64,000 nucleotides of DNA from Bacillota bacterium (GCA_050952625.1 JBMNLH010000001.1:1472001-1536000), one strand, 5' to 3'; positions 40,401-50,242 are shown, counted from the first letter of the stretch. Numbers and translations: made by a program. Notes: generated by a model from the sequence alone, not told the origin.

Positions 40401-41077
40401 CGGGCACTCACCGTTAACAGTTTGCTCAGCACCCGGTATTCCTGGGGGGTAAAGCCGCTGAAACCATCTACCCACACTTCGCTCCCCAAGCAGGTAGAAG
40501 AATAGGCCAGACGATCGGCCAATAGATTAAGGTAATCCTCGGGATCAGTAAAGCGTCCGGCCAGAAATTGTTCTAGATCAAGGTACAACAAGGCTAAGTC
40601 TTCTAGTTTATTACGTAACAAATTATTCTTAGCCCCGATGAACGCAGCCGCGCTAGTCAATTGGGCCGGGGTCAGGCAGTACATTTTCATTTCGGCAATT
40701 ACCCGGGCCAAGCTGTCCGAGAAATTGGGTTGTCGCGCCGCGCGGTAAAAAACCTTTAAATCATCCCGCCGCTGTTCTAATAAATTGCGCAGGACCATCC
40801 GCTTGCCGATTTCCCGCAGGTGTGGACGGGCCGCACCCCCGGCTTCCTGCAGCACCTTCCAGGCTAACCGGCGAAAACTGTAGACATGAGCACGCATTGT
40901 CCCATTCAGACCAGGCCAGGCTGCTAGTGCCGCTTCCATCTGAAAAGTACCTTGCTCCGGCACCAGGAGAATGATGCTCGAACCTTGGGGCCTTGCCTGC
41001 AATTCCTCAGCAATTTGGGCAAGGCAATAAGTAGTCTTTCCTGTCCCCGCCCGACCTAGAATAAAGCGCAAACTCAA
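37484..41077 (-). CDS. addB: Helicase-nuclease AddAB subunit B
   Basis: ILGRAGTGKT, LVPEQ, F.ACPF, GRIDRLD, IDYKSG, Fe-S CTYCRFRPICQFD; probable TTG start 41077. Confidence 0.97.
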   Translation of the reverse strand: MSLRFILGRAGTGKTTYCLAQIAEELQARPQGSSIILLVPEQGTFQMEAALAAWPGLNGTMRAHVYSFRRLAWKVLQEAGGAARPHLREIGKRMVLRNLLEQRRDDLKVFYRAARQPNFSDSLARVIAEMKMYCLTPAQLTSAAAFIGAKNNLLRNKLEDLALLYLDLEQFLAGRFTDPEDYLNLLADRLAYSSTCLGSEVWVDGFSGFTPQEYRVLSKLLTVSARVNVALCLDPTILGQPLDEQELFYRTHQTYDTLLEMAQEAGVTVEDPCVFEPTSKEACQTSACRFANNPVLRHLEQHFFTRPRPPFAGVASGIKLVAAHNRRAEIEGVAREIVALARDQGYRWRDISVLTRDLTLYDELVDRVFADYGIPCFIDYKRPVRHHPLVELIRSALEVVGTRWAYDSVFRYLKTDFISVTREEVDLLENYVLAHGIRGTRWTDGQPWTYRRYYSIGDDREPSAKQVEELAEINRIKEAAVRELASFSAAIQESSTVREISLALYQLLTDLGVKEKMEVWATEAQAAGRLDRSREYAQLYNQVILLLDEIVEALGEQELPVEDYLKVLEAGLENLRLGLIPPGLDQVFVGTLDRSRNPRVRANFLLGINDGILPARITSQGLLSDQERELLLNSGLKLAPTDQRSLFDEQYLIYLGLTRASEYLWLSYSLADQEGNALTPSTLIKELKEILPDLEETVCPLEPGVGDELSFIAHPIRAFTYLTSQLREVKTGQELRPIWRDVYNWALSHARPASAIVVGGLFHQNQETSLQPATRVGLYGTRLRVSVTRIEQFRACPFAHFVRYGLAVRERETAKLQPLDLGQFFHAALKNFVERLLSTGLDWTALTLADCQPIIEEIIEQLVPQLKNEIMLGSQRQRYLIHKLREIVLHSAWALLEQTRCGSFRPIKLELGFGYPDELPPVELVIPRPTDADQVSPKAARLQLIGRIDRLDLARSAAGSFVRVIDYKSGAARLNLAEIYYGLNLQLLTYLEVALTNAGRLFDNRLANGQLANNQLVNSQIAYNHKANNQLADGEEVLPGGILYFGLKNPVINAKGPLPPEEIARKIRQSYKLKGLVLGDRELIELMERGLTGNSDLIPVGFKKDGNFTGRSAVISREQFKLLRQHLRRALLEAGRAILTGEVALEPYQLKKQRACTYCRFRPICQFDPLIGNRYRNLRDLTDKELWEQLGKEGDQS

Positions 41078-41512
41078 GCGATCACCCCCCGCTACAAAAT
41101 AAACAAAGCGGGCCAAAAAATCTGGCCATCTTAATTATCATTTAAAATGAGTTATTACTATAATGCTTCGCTCAATGGTGGTCGATTTCCTCCCCGTCAG
41201 TTCGCTCCTTTTACCGTTGTTTTATGAATAATCATGACCGAGTCTAACCATAAGTTAATTTTTTCTGAGAAAAAGCTCTTTAGTTTAATTTATATGTAAA
41301 ATAATGGTAGCTCAGTTAAGAAAAGATTTGAGTTTCATCTTAAAATTGTAGTACACTTTTGTTATTGTTTTTCATCCTTTTCTCTAAATAAGTGACACGC
41401 AAAACATTAAGGGTTCGGTAGTAGTGTTATTATTGTTGAGCAGACAAGCAAAAACAAAGTAATTAATCTATTTAAGAAATAGTTCTACATATTATTTTAG
41501 GAGGGCTCCATA

Positions 41513-42575
41513 ATGCGTCTATTGCCAGTCGAAGAATTAAAACCGGGGATGAAGGTGGCTCGAAACATATTCGGAAACGACTTGTGTTTATTGTTAAGTG
41601 CCGGGGTTACCCTTACCCCATCTTTAATCGCTCGACTCAAAGAACTTGAATTTAACGGGATTTATATTCAGGACGATATTGTTGGTCAGATTGAAGTGCA
41701 AGATTTATTAAGCGAGAAAATAAAGGCTGAATCGATTAGTGTTATCCGTCAAACATTTGAAAAGGCAAAGCTAGGATCGAAAATTGACATTCGTCGGATC
41801 GCTAGTATTACAAATTCTATTCTGGATGAGGTGCTATCATGTTCTAATTTATTAGTTTCCATTGTGGATATGAGAAATAAAAGCTCTTATCATTTATCAC
41901 ATTCAATCTCTGTCTGTACTTTATCATTACTGACCGGGATTGCGCTAGGATACGACCAGTTAAAATTATTCCAGCTAGGGCTAGGAGCTTTTTTGCACGA
42001 TCTCGGTAAAAGCAGAATTGATCCAGCATTAATGATTAAACAACCACCTCATACCTCAAAAGAAGCGGCAATCATTCAGAGTCACTGTACAGAAGGCTTC
42101 GAGATTCTGCGGAGAATTCCCGAGTTAAATATTTTGTCGGCGCATATAGCTTTTCAACATCATGAACGCTTTGATGGAACCGGCTATCCGAGAGGAATCA
42201 AAGGGAACGAAATCCATCCTTTTGCCGCAATTGTTGCCGTGGCTAATGCCTACGATCTTGCTGGTTTCCCCGCCTCAAGGAACTGGCTTGTTCCCGGCTA
42301 AGGCTTTAGAAAAAATCCTGTCAGAGCGAAGTCGCGCCTTTGATCCAGAAATTGCCCTAGTCTTTGCCCACCAGGTATCTCCTTATCCGATCGGATGCAA
42401 TATTCGACTAAGTACCGGGGAAAATGCAATCGTTATCTCCACTCAAAAAAACTACCCCACCCGGCCAATCGTCAAGCTAATTACTGACCAACACGGTAAG
42501 GTTAGAACTAAATCGTTCCCCGAAATCGACCTTAGTCAGCACGAGGATATCAAAATTATTGAAGTATATACTTAG
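41513..42575 (+). pseudogene. HD-GYP c-di-GMP phosphodiesterase, frameshifted near 42257-42260
   Basis: HDLGK and HHERFDGTGYP in ORF1; FDPE...SPYPIG...LSTGE...PTRP C-terminus in a second frame; deleting 1 nt gives 353 aa. Confidence 0.85.
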
Positions 42576-42663
42576 GCAGATCCTGACGGAGACTCGATCG
42601 AAATAGCTTCGGAGGTTCCTTGATTTAACTACCCCAATATTTGTTTATAAAATTTATAATTAA

Positions 42664-42725
42664 AGAGGATGGCTTGCGGTCAACAAGCTACCCTCGGTAG
42701 GAGACGCAGTACACCGGGTTTATTT
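42664..42725 (+). ncRNA. Putative type I antitoxin-like small RNA, locus B
   Basis: TATAAT at 42655-42660, hairpin gaggatggcttg/caagctaccctc, then ctcggt...accggg and T-rich end; homologous to 28971-29041. Confidence 0.52.
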
Positions 42726-42761
42726 AAAATCATTCTTCGACTTAGCCAGGATCATCCTGGC

Positions 42762-42854
42762 TTATTTTTTATTCCGGTTGTAATGCCGCCGGTACCACAG
42801 AACAAAAATTCCTGTTAGCACCGCTGGAGCAATTACCAGATGAAAACACCGATA
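42762..42854 (-). pseudogene. Fst/Ldr-like type I toxin remnant lacking start codon
   Basis: Frame reads YRCFHLVIAPAVLTGIFVLWYRRHYNRNKK*; in-frame TAG directly upstream; DNA homologous to about 29190-29280. Confidence 0.55.
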
Positions 42855-42874
42855 CTAGGCCTTAGTTTTTCTAT

Positions 42875-42905
42875 AAAAATAAAAAGCGCAGTTAAACTAC
42901 GCTTT
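42875..42905 (-). terminator. Intrinsic terminator downstream of tRNA-Pro
   Basis: Minus strand aaagcgtag-tttaa-ctgcgcttt followed by ttattttt. Confidence 0.65.
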
Positions 42906-42915
42906 AGCATTCCTC

Positions 42916-42947
42916 TTTGTCCGGCTATTTGTCCGGCTGTTTGTCCG
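42916..42947. repeat. Three TTTGTCCG direct repeats, 12-bp period (integrase arm-site-like)
   Basis: Copies at 42916, 42928, 42940, about 115 bp beyond the tRNA 3' end. Confidence 0.6.
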
Positions 42948-43061
42948 TATAGTCAAGGAAACCCAGAGAAATCAAGGGATGCTTAGAGAACATTCTGCCT
43001 GGCCCTCTTCATTATGAAAAACCTGAAACCCTTGATTATAAAGGATTCTCTGGAAAATTAA

Positions 43062-43138
43062 TGGTCGGGATGACAGGATTTGAACCTGCGGCCTCTTGGT
43101 CCCGAACCAAGCGCTCTACCAAGCTGAGCCACATCCCG
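43062..43138 (-). tRNA. tRNA-Pro(CGG)
   Basis: Minus strand CGGGATG acceptor, TGGCTCAGCTTGGTAGAGC D arm, CTTGG-TTCGGGA-CCAAG anticodon arm, GGTTCAAATCC, encoded CCA; 77 nt. Confidence 0.97.
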
Positions 43139-43306
43139 ACGCAAGTTACATTCTACAACAGGATATAACCAAAGTCAAGACTAAGGTCTCTTACTTGTGT
43201 TTTAACTTATGAAAAATAGCAATAATACACAAGCTGCCAATTACCAAAAACACCTTGGAACATTATAATTAGTTTAACGATTAGATGATCATCATTAACT
43301 GATGGC

Positions 43307-43954
43307 TTACTCTTCTCTTTTTAATAAGCCGTCTGGTTGGGACTGATTCCTTCTATACACTACGTAACCAAGACCGGCAACTAAAAATAAAACTAAGATT
43401 ATTGGCAACCAGTAGTGCTGGATGGACCGGGACACTCTAAACCAGCCTTCACCTAGAAACCGACCCAAACTAACAAATAGAACAACCCAGAATATTCCGC
43501 CTATATAGGCATAAAGTGCAAAAGTACGGTAAGGCAAGTGACTTATGCCTGCAAAATAAGCCATAAAATGTCGAACACCCGGCACAAAATAACCGATAGG
43601 AAGAGCAAACTTGCCAAACCGGTTAAACCACTTCTCGACCTGATCAATTCTTTTTTGCGTCAGTCCAATCCGGTTTCCAAAACGATCTATAATGGGGATT
43701 CCAATGTTTCGTCCAATTAAAAAACTGATTGTTACTCCGGTTAAACTGCCGATAATGGCCGAAATAAGTGTTGGCACGTATTCCAGCCGACCAGCATACA
43801 CTAAATACCCGATAAAAACCATAACTGTTTCTTCTGGCAGCGGTAAGCCGACCATGCCACCGGCTAGAAACCAAAATATCGCTAAATAACCGTAGTGCGA
43901 AACCAGGACACTTGCATTTTCAAACATCATTACTGTAGGATTTTCAAACCTCAT
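43307..43954 (-). CDS. DedA family membrane protein
   Basis: GLPLPEET, F.RFG......YFVPGVRH..AYFAG. Confidence 0.9.
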   Translation of the reverse strand: MRFENPTVMMFENASVLVSHYGYLAIFWFLAGGMVGLPLPEETVMVFIGYLVYAGRLEYVPTLISAIIGSLTGVTISFLIGRNIGIPIIDRFGNRIGLTQKRIDQVEKWFNRFGKFALPIGYFVPGVRHFMAYFAGISHLPYRTFALYAYIGGIFWVVLFVSLGRFLGEGWFRVSRSIQHYWLPIILVLFLVAGLGYVVYRRNQSQPDGLLKREE

Positions 43955-44006
43955 TCAATTTAAACAGTTTTTATTTCGACGATTTAATTGCTATTCCTGC
44001 TTTAAC

Positions 44007-44486
44007 TTATAAGTTTCTAAACATACGCTTCGGGTAGATGGTACTTTCAGGGGCAACCGGACAGAACCCCATTTTTGTCCAAAAAGGGACGCTGCTTTTA
44101 TAGGAATGAAGTAAAACTTTATTATAGCCAAGTTCCTGAATGATTAAGAACAGGCAATTAACCACTTTTTTCCCAATTCCCTTTCCTCGCTCTCCATTGG
44201 GAATACATAAGAAGTCAATATTTATGGTCTGGATTTCCGCAATAAACTTAACCTGGAGTTGAGTGACTTTAAGATAATGTCGTTGGTGACGTAACGGCTT
44301 TGAAGCATCTCGCTCCCAGCAATAGATCCGACTGAGCGAGCGATCCGGAATGTGCCCGTTCTTTTCTTTGGAAAAACCGCTTACCACTAACCGCCAGCAA
44401 ATTGCTTCATCTAGAGCAGATTGAAGTGTTTCCGCGACCTGATCAAGGTGGTAATCAGTCGGCCATTTGGCTATTTTTTGGTTCAT
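44007..44486 (-). CDS. GNAT family acetyltransferase
   Basis: Motif A ERGKGIGKKVV, FWTKMGF; GAGGTG RBS before ATG 44486. Confidence 0.8.
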   Translation of the reverse strand: MNQKIAKWPTDYHLDQVAETLQSALDEAICWRLVVSGFSKEKNGHIPDRSLSRIYCWERDASKPLRHQRHYLKVTQLQVKFIAEIQTINIDFLCIPNGERGKGIGKKVVNCLFLIIQELGYNKVLLHSYKSSVPFWTKMGFCPVAPESTIYPKRMFRNL

Positions 44487-44809
44487 CCGGCACCTCTCTT
44501 TCTTTTCGTGCGCCCCCCATGCCGGTGGGGCACAACACCGATACACGCCTCACCCCTTAACTTCTTTGCGTCTTACGCAATTTATTCTTGTTAGCTTCTT
44601 GTTAGACATCCATACCCGCTAGACACAACCACCAATGAAAAGAACACAACAATAAAAATCAATAAAAATAAAAGCGTTATTTACTTGTCCTCATGATTAC
44701 AACCACGGATAAAAATATCTTATATTCCTACCAAAATACTGATTTAAACACAAGGCCAACGAACAATCGAGGCAGAGGGTTTTTGGCCTCTGCCTCTAAT
44801 CATTCATCT

Positions 44810-46564
44810 TTAGTTCAAATTTATATGAGCACTGCCGGTATTCGCATCCCAGAAAACCTTCCCGCCCAAGGCCTGACTAACAAACCGGAGGGGGACGAGA
44901 GTCCGTTCTTCCTGGATCTTCGCCGGAACATCCAGTTTGACATTTTTCCCGTTCACTTTAGCCCGAGTAGAACCGATCGGCAACTCAACCTTAGTCTTAC
45001 CTTTCGTGGCTATTACGGTCCTGGTTTCGCCTTCCCAACCAACCTCAGCCCCCAGGGCTTCAAAAATTTTTCGGACAGGCACCAGGATTCGGTCATTTTC
45101 CATGGTTGGCGGGACCTCTGCTAGTTCGAAATAGATTCTCTCGTCGTTGATAAAGATAGGAATTTGATTAAGAACCACCAATCCAGCACTAATTCCCCGT
45201 TCCCGACCGTCTGACAGGGAATTGGCGATGTCACCCATGACTAATAACTCGGAAGAACCTCCGCCATCCAGGGCCATCGCTTCTACCGCCCCAAGTTCCA
45301 GCATTATATCGGCTAATTCGTCAAAAGTTACGCCGACGCTAGTTTCTTGTCGGCCATCCACCACGACCATCAGGACTTCTCCTTTAGCCGTCAACCCAAT
45401 GGCGGTGCGAGGGTGACGAGCCCAGAGGCCGCTATCTAATCCTTCTTTATTAATCGGTACAGTCTTGCAGCCCTTGCTTAACAGTTGGGGGCCGTTGGAG
45501 ATCATATGTAAGATATCTGGTTTATCTTTCAGATCCACCTCTAAAACAACCGTATCGCCGACGCTAAAGTGTTGGGCATAGTTCGTACACGTTCCTTTGA
45601 AGGAAATCACGACCCCACCCGGCGGAATAGTTGTGCTGCCATTAATTATTTCAGCAACTTTAAGCTTGCCTTGGAAATCTTTTTTCAGAACTAGCTCAGT
45701 ACAAATTCCTCCATCTTCCCCATTATTAGTCGTATTTTGGCCAAACATTGAGTTGTAAACTGCTATGCCATTAGCTGTTTCGCAAGGACGATTCATGGCA
45801 TCCACCCGGAAGATTAATTTCTTGTCGGGCAAGCGGAGAGTAGTATAGGGCAAAAATTGATCGATGTAGATGTCCTTATTAGTTGTGATGATCAATGAAG
45901 TTGCTGCTCTGGGACTCTGTACCATCAACTTCTGATCAATTATTGTCGTGTCAATGACACTCCGTTGGCCGCCCGGATAAAAGAACGGACCGTTGATCGC
46001 CGCAATCGCGCCGTAGGGCTGACTGATATTAGTCAGGGTGCTTAGCTTGTTAAACCCGTCTCCAGCGAGGACTGGCCTGATCTCTACCCAGGGCTGATTG
46101 GGATCCACCTTAACATAATGAATATTAACCGGGCTATTATCACTGAGAACCTTGGCCATTGAGGAGTAGCTTATTCCCTTGTCTAAGGTCTTGGTTTCCA
46201 GTAAAACTGGTTTGGTAGAAACCGGGGGCTGACTGATTGAGCTAGGCATAGTGGAATTACTATTTGTTGGGGGACTGCCGTTGTCGGTCCTAGTATCACT
46301 GCTTGATGGTGCCGGTTCACTATCAGAAGTCAAATCATTACTATCGTTACTTTTCTTATTATCATTACTATCTATTAATGAATTGTCAGGATTGCTCAAA
46401 GAGGTGTCTTCATTCTGGGCAACGCTAGTAATCTTAGCTTTAACCGACTCACTTGGAACCTCTGCCCCCAGAGGCAACGCAACCCCCAGATTAAATAAGA
46501 AGAGAAAAGCGGTTATGCCGCCAGCTGCTTTCAGTCGACTTCGTTTAAAAGACTCAAGAACCAT
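44810..46564 (-). CDS. Secreted phosphodiester glycosidase (NAGPA-like) with C-terminal copper amine oxidase N-terminal/stalk domain
   Basis: Signal peptide, Ser/Asn/Asp-rich linker, AAINGPFF, RHPRTAIG, VVDGRQ, MALDGGGSS; C-terminal RILVPVR, RTLVPLRFVSQALG. Confidence 0.88.
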   Translation of the reverse strand: MVLESFKRSRLKAAGGITAFLFLFNLGVALPLGAEVPSESVKAKITSVAQNEDTSLSNPDNSLIDSNDNKKSNDSNDLTSDSEPAPSSSDTRTDNGSPPTNSNSTMPSSISQPPVSTKPVLLETKTLDKGISYSSMAKVLSDNSPVNIHYVKVDPNQPWVEIRPVLAGDGFNKLSTLTNISQPYGAIAAINGPFFYPGGQRSVIDTTIIDQKLMVQSPRAATSLIITTNKDIYIDQFLPYTTLRLPDKKLIFRVDAMNRPCETANGIAVYNSMFGQNTTNNGEDGGICTELVLKKDFQGKLKVAEIINGSTTIPPGGVVISFKGTCTNYAQHFSVGDTVVLEVDLKDKPDILHMISNGPQLLSKGCKTVPINKEGLDSGLWARHPRTAIGLTAKGEVLMVVVDGRQETSVGVTFDELADIMLELGAVEAMALDGGGSSELLVMGDIANSLSDGRERGISAGLVVLNQIPIFINDERIYFELAEVPPTMENDRILVPVRKIFEALGAEVGWEGETRTVIATKGKTKVELPIGSTRAKVNGKNVKLDVPAKIQEERTLVPLRFVSQALGGKVFWDANTGSAHINLN

Positions 46565-46731
46565 TTTTAACCTCCTTAAATTCTACGTATAATAGCTGAT
46601 TCAACATTCCAGTTTAATTCCATTTTACTTTATAACGTTACAAACACTATGAGGGAAACACAAAACCGAACTATTTATATTCGACTTGGTCTATAGTTAT
46701 TTGACCACCCAGGCTCATAAATTGTTCCCTA

Positions 46732-46860
46732 AGTGAACTCGTTCAGCTTCACCGAAGATCGAGAGTTTAGAGGGGGTCTGCTCTACTTGAAGTTTAAGCC
46801 CGGATTTGTCATTTTTAGTATAATACCACCTGTATGAAGGCTTTTAGAATTCGTATTAAA
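46732..46860. mobile_element. 119-bp repeat family, diverged inverted copy 3
   Basis: Starts agtgaactcgttcagcttc (reverse complement of copy 1 end); similarity decays after about 46795. Confidence 0.6.
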
Positions 46861-46892
46861 AATGGAAAAACTCAAAAATCGCTTAGATCTCA

Positions 46893-48185
46893 TTAATTTC
46901 CACCGAGAATTAAGCGATTCAAATCATCCCAGAACCCGGGATACGAAATGTTAACGGCCTCTGCTCGAGTTAAGCGAACCGGGTCCAGGGTCAGCAGTCC
47001 GGCAATTCCCATGGCCATGGCTAAGCGGTGATCCCCGAAGGAATCCACTTCGGCACCGTTAAACTTGGCTGAACCTCGCACCCAAAAGCCATCGGACATT
47101 TCTTCTATCTCAACCCCAAGGGCTCTTAGGTTATCACAGATTGCTTTAATCCGGTCCGTCTCTTTAACCCGCAACTCCTGAGCACCGCGCACCACTGACT
47201 CGCCCTTAGCACTCGCCATAGCCACGGCCAGGATCGGTATTTCATCAATTAAGGTCGGGATTATCTCTCCCCCGATATCTACTCCCTTTAGGGGGGCAGA
47301 CCGGACGATCAGGTCAGCTACGGCTTCTCCACCAAGCAGCCGCTCATTAATCGTTTGGATTGAGGCACCCATCTGACGCAGCACCTTAATTACCCCGGTT
47401 CGGCTTGGATTAATGCCGACATCCCGCAAGATGAGCTCAGAACCAGGCACCAGACTGGCGGCCACCAGCCAAAAGGCCGCTGAGGAGATATCGCCGGGAA
47501 TCGTATATTCCTGGGGTGACAGTTCATGACCGCCGGTTAAGTGGATAACCTTGTCCTTTACTTGAAGTCTAGCCCCCATCGCTTTGAGCATTCTTTCTGT
47601 ATGATCCCGGGAAGGAGCCAGTTCCCTTATTTCTGTCTCTCCCTCAATCCCTAAGGCAGCTAGCAATATGGCGGATTTGACTTGGGCACTGGCGACCGGC
47701 AAGCGATAACTGATTGGGCGCAGTTGCCCCCCTTTAATAACCAACGGGGCGTAGACCCCATTTTTTCGACCTTCAATACTAGTTCCCATGAGCATTAACG
47801 GTTTGATTACCCGACCCATGGGTCGATTCCGCAAAGAATCATCACCCGTAAGGATCGTCAAAAAGGAATAGCTGGCCACCATACCAGCTAATAGGCGCAT
47901 AGTCGTTCCTGAGTTACCGCAATCCAGAACATTTGATGGTTCTCGCAAGCCTCGAAGGCCGTTTCCATGCACTTCCAAGACTTTTTCCTTATCTTCTACC
48001 GTAATGCCTAAACCTCGAAGACAACGAACAGTCGCTAGGGTATCCTCGGACCGCAGGAAATTTCGAACTATGCTTCGTCCTTGGGCCAAGGCACCAAAGA
48101 TAACCGCCCGGTGGGAGATAGACTTGTCTGGCGGAACGTGCAGTTCACCAGTTAATGGGCTGCCGCCTTGAATCATAACATCCAT
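46893..48185 (-). CDS. aroA: 3-phosphoshikimate 1-carboxyvinyltransferase
   Basis: PPDKSISHRA, CGNSGTTMRL, ASAQVKSA, SRDHTERM, ELRVKETDRI, DHRLAMA. Confidence 0.97.
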   Translation of the reverse strand: MDVMIQGGSPLTGELHVPPDKSISHRAVIFGALAQGRSIVRNFLRSEDTLATVRCLRGLGITVEDKEKVLEVHGNGLRGLREPSNVLDCGNSGTTMRLLAGMVASYSFLTILTGDDSLRNRPMGRVIKPLMLMGTSIEGRKNGVYAPLVIKGGQLRPISYRLPVASAQVKSAILLAALGIEGETEIRELAPSRDHTERMLKAMGARLQVKDKVIHLTGGHELSPQEYTIPGDISSAAFWLVAASLVPGSELILRDVGINPSRTGVIKVLRQMGASIQTINERLLGGEAVADLIVRSAPLKGVDIGGEIIPTLIDEIPILAVAMASAKGESVVRGAQELRVKETDRIKAICDNLRALGVEIEEMSDGFWVRGSAKFNGAEVDSFGDHRLAMAMGIAGLLTLDPVRLTRAEAVNISYPGFWDDLNRLILGGN

Positions 48186-48297
48186 TTGAGACTACTCCTT
48201 AAAACAAATCGTATTGTGCTTAAAGAATATAATACCATTAGTATTGCCATCCTATGTCAGCCAATGACAAAAAGAGTTAATCCTCGGGCTTGGGCGG

Positions 48298-48732
48298 TTA
48301 TAATGCAAAGACTAATCCTAAAGTAATAAGAATATGAATGGCAAAAAAACGAGCACTCAATCTTTCAATTCGCCAATCCATCAAATTGGAACTAAACTCG
48401 GCTTTTCCGGCTAATACTCTCAAAACGGGGATTAACTTTAGGCCATGCCAGATCTCGAAGGTAATGAATAAACCGGTTAAGATGCGATAAAGGGGTATAT
48501 TAATCCCGATCAAGGCTAAAACAAAATAGCCGCCTTCTAATAATAATGCCAAACCAATCAGAAAAACAAAAAGGTTAACTGGGACCGGTTCAGTACTAGT
48601 TATAGTCTCTAATTCTTCAAGCAGCATTTCTTCAAATCGTTCGGGCTGGCCACGAAGAATCTGAATAAGGTAGTAAGCGTAGAAGACTAGAATTAACGTC
48701 CCAAAAATTACCAACCATCCTTTAACCCACAT
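48298..48732 (-). CDS. Hypothetical membrane protein (about 4 TM)
   Basis: 144-aa hydrophobic ORF, AGAGGG RBS. Confidence 0.75.
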   Translation of the reverse strand: MWVKGWLVIFGTLILVFYAYYLIQILRGQPERFEEMLLEELETITSTEPVPVNLFVFLIGLALLLEGGYFVLALIGINIPLYRILTGLFITFEIWHGLKLIPVLRVLAGKAEFSSNLMDWRIERLSARFFAIHILITLGLVFAL

Positions 48733-49037
48733 TTAATTAATCCCTCTTTTCATCAAACTAAACTCTGAAATAATAACACTTATTGGTTTACTCCGCAGCA
48801 GTTTACTCCGGCGGCCGGCTAAACGGGAAAAACCGCTGGCCTCGGTCATTCATCGAACTCATGCGGTGTGGGGTATTGCTATAAGGAGTTTTTAATCAGC
48901 AAATTAGCAGTTTTTAAACAGAGATTTATTCTGCAAGCAAATTATAAATCCTGCCTAAAACAAAAACACCTGCCAAAAAAGTTGAAGGTGTTATTGAAGG
49001 TGTCGAGGTATTCAGCTAACCTCAGCCGGTCATGTTA

Positions 49038-50144
49038 TTACTGATTATACTCGTTATCTGCTTGCAGCCTGCTTTTTTGGCGAGCATTTTTTAGTACGTT
49101 CCGATAATGCACCTGACTAAGCACCTGTTCATTAAAACGTAAAGCAGCCAGTCGGAAGCCGTGTTTGAGGGACAGTTGATAAATCTCAGTTATTCTCTCT
49201 GGTTGGTACTCCCGGCCAAGACTATAGCTGTCAAATCGCTCCTCTAAAGCCAGAATCATGGTTTCCGCCATACAGGCGTAGGTTAAACGCGGGGGAAAAC
49301 CAAAGTTAAAACCAAAATCCACATCGCCGGGAACTTCCAGAACCCCGCCATCAAAAACCAGAACATCATCTCGTTCCTGCGCGACCCGCTCCGAGGTATC
49401 CCGCGGCCGGGCAACATCGCAGATGATTGCCCCCGGTTTTAAGTATTCGGGCTGGATTAAGGCCCCGGGAGAACTGGAGGTCGCCAGGATTACGTCAGCC
49501 TTTCTCACTGACTCAGCCACGTTGGTCGAGTAGTCTACTGAGATTGACTCACCATAATACCGACGAATTAATTTGGCTGTTTCCTCAAGACGCGGTTCAT
49601 TTCGAGCCATCAGGGTCAGGTTATGGACTTCATTAGCCAGGATACTGGAAACAGCTAACCCGATTGAACCAGTCGCTCCCACCACCACTACGGTCGCTTT
49701 CTTCAGGTCAATGTCCATAATCTGGGCCGCCTGTCGGGTACCGGCAATCGCGGTGGCCGCGGTTAGGCTGTTGCCAGTAGTTACACCAATCTTCAAATGG
49801 CGGGCGACGGTTAATCCGGCATCACCAACCACTGAAGTAAAAGCACCCAAGCCCAGTATGCGAGCTCCTAATTTTTCCGCTAGCTTTCCCGCTTCAATAA
49901 TTCGCTGTAAAACGAAAGAAGCGGGCAGTTCCACCATCTGACGAGAAGTTAAGGTTATGGCCAGAAAATTACCTCTTGTTTTCGCGTGTTTCGATTCAAC
50001 TCCGGTAATTTCCGATATCCGCAGGGGCGGGAGTTTCGTCAGCAGCCGATTAATCCATGCTTGGGGGAGATGCTTTATCAACTTATATTTCCGATAAAAA
50101 TCGTCAATAGTGAGCGGATGGATTAGGAAAGCAAATTGATTCAT
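49038..50144 (-). CDS. Acyl-ACP reductase-like NAD(P)-dependent reductase
   Basis: FAFLIHPL, ILGLGAFTSVVGD, TTGNSLT, VVGATGSIG, CDVARPRD, catalytic-Cys motif YACMAETMILALE. Confidence 0.8.
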   Translation of the reverse strand: MNQFAFLIHPLTIDDFYRKYKLIKHLPQAWINRLLTKLPPLRISEITGVESKHAKTRGNFLAITLTSRQMVELPASFVLQRIIEAGKLAEKLGARILGLGAFTSVVGDAGLTVARHLKIGVTTGNSLTAATAIAGTRQAAQIMDIDLKKATVVVVGATGSIGLAVSSILANEVHNLTLMARNEPRLEETAKLIRRYYGESISVDYSTNVAESVRKADVILATSSSPGALIQPEYLKPGAIICDVARPRDTSERVAQERDDVLVFDGGVLEVPGDVDFGFNFGFPPRLTYACMAETMILALEERFDSYSLGREYQPERITEIYQLSLKHGFRLAALRFNEQVLSQVHYRNVLKNARQKSRLQADNEYNQ

Positions 50145-50242
50145 TAAACGACTGATCCTCCGTTTTTTTCGATTACGTATTTATGCCTATTAGGCATTTA
50201 TTATCCTATTTTTCACATGACAAATATGGATTAATAAGTCAA

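Noticed and set aside
41380-41460. c-di-GMP-I riboswitch upstream of HD-GYP gene
   Set aside because: Only a gcaaaac...agggt fragment resembles it; no GGCAAA P1/P2 with GNRA loop could be built.
48781-48890. Possible riboswitch or ncRNA upstream of 48298-48732
   Set aside because: GC-rich with a repeated gtttactccg, but no recognisable family motif or convincing fold.
49038-50144. Shikimate dehydrogenase aroE (aroA is nearby)
   Set aside because: Lacks AroE SxSP, NVTxPxK and NTD motifs; matches acyl-ACP-reductase-like motifs instead.
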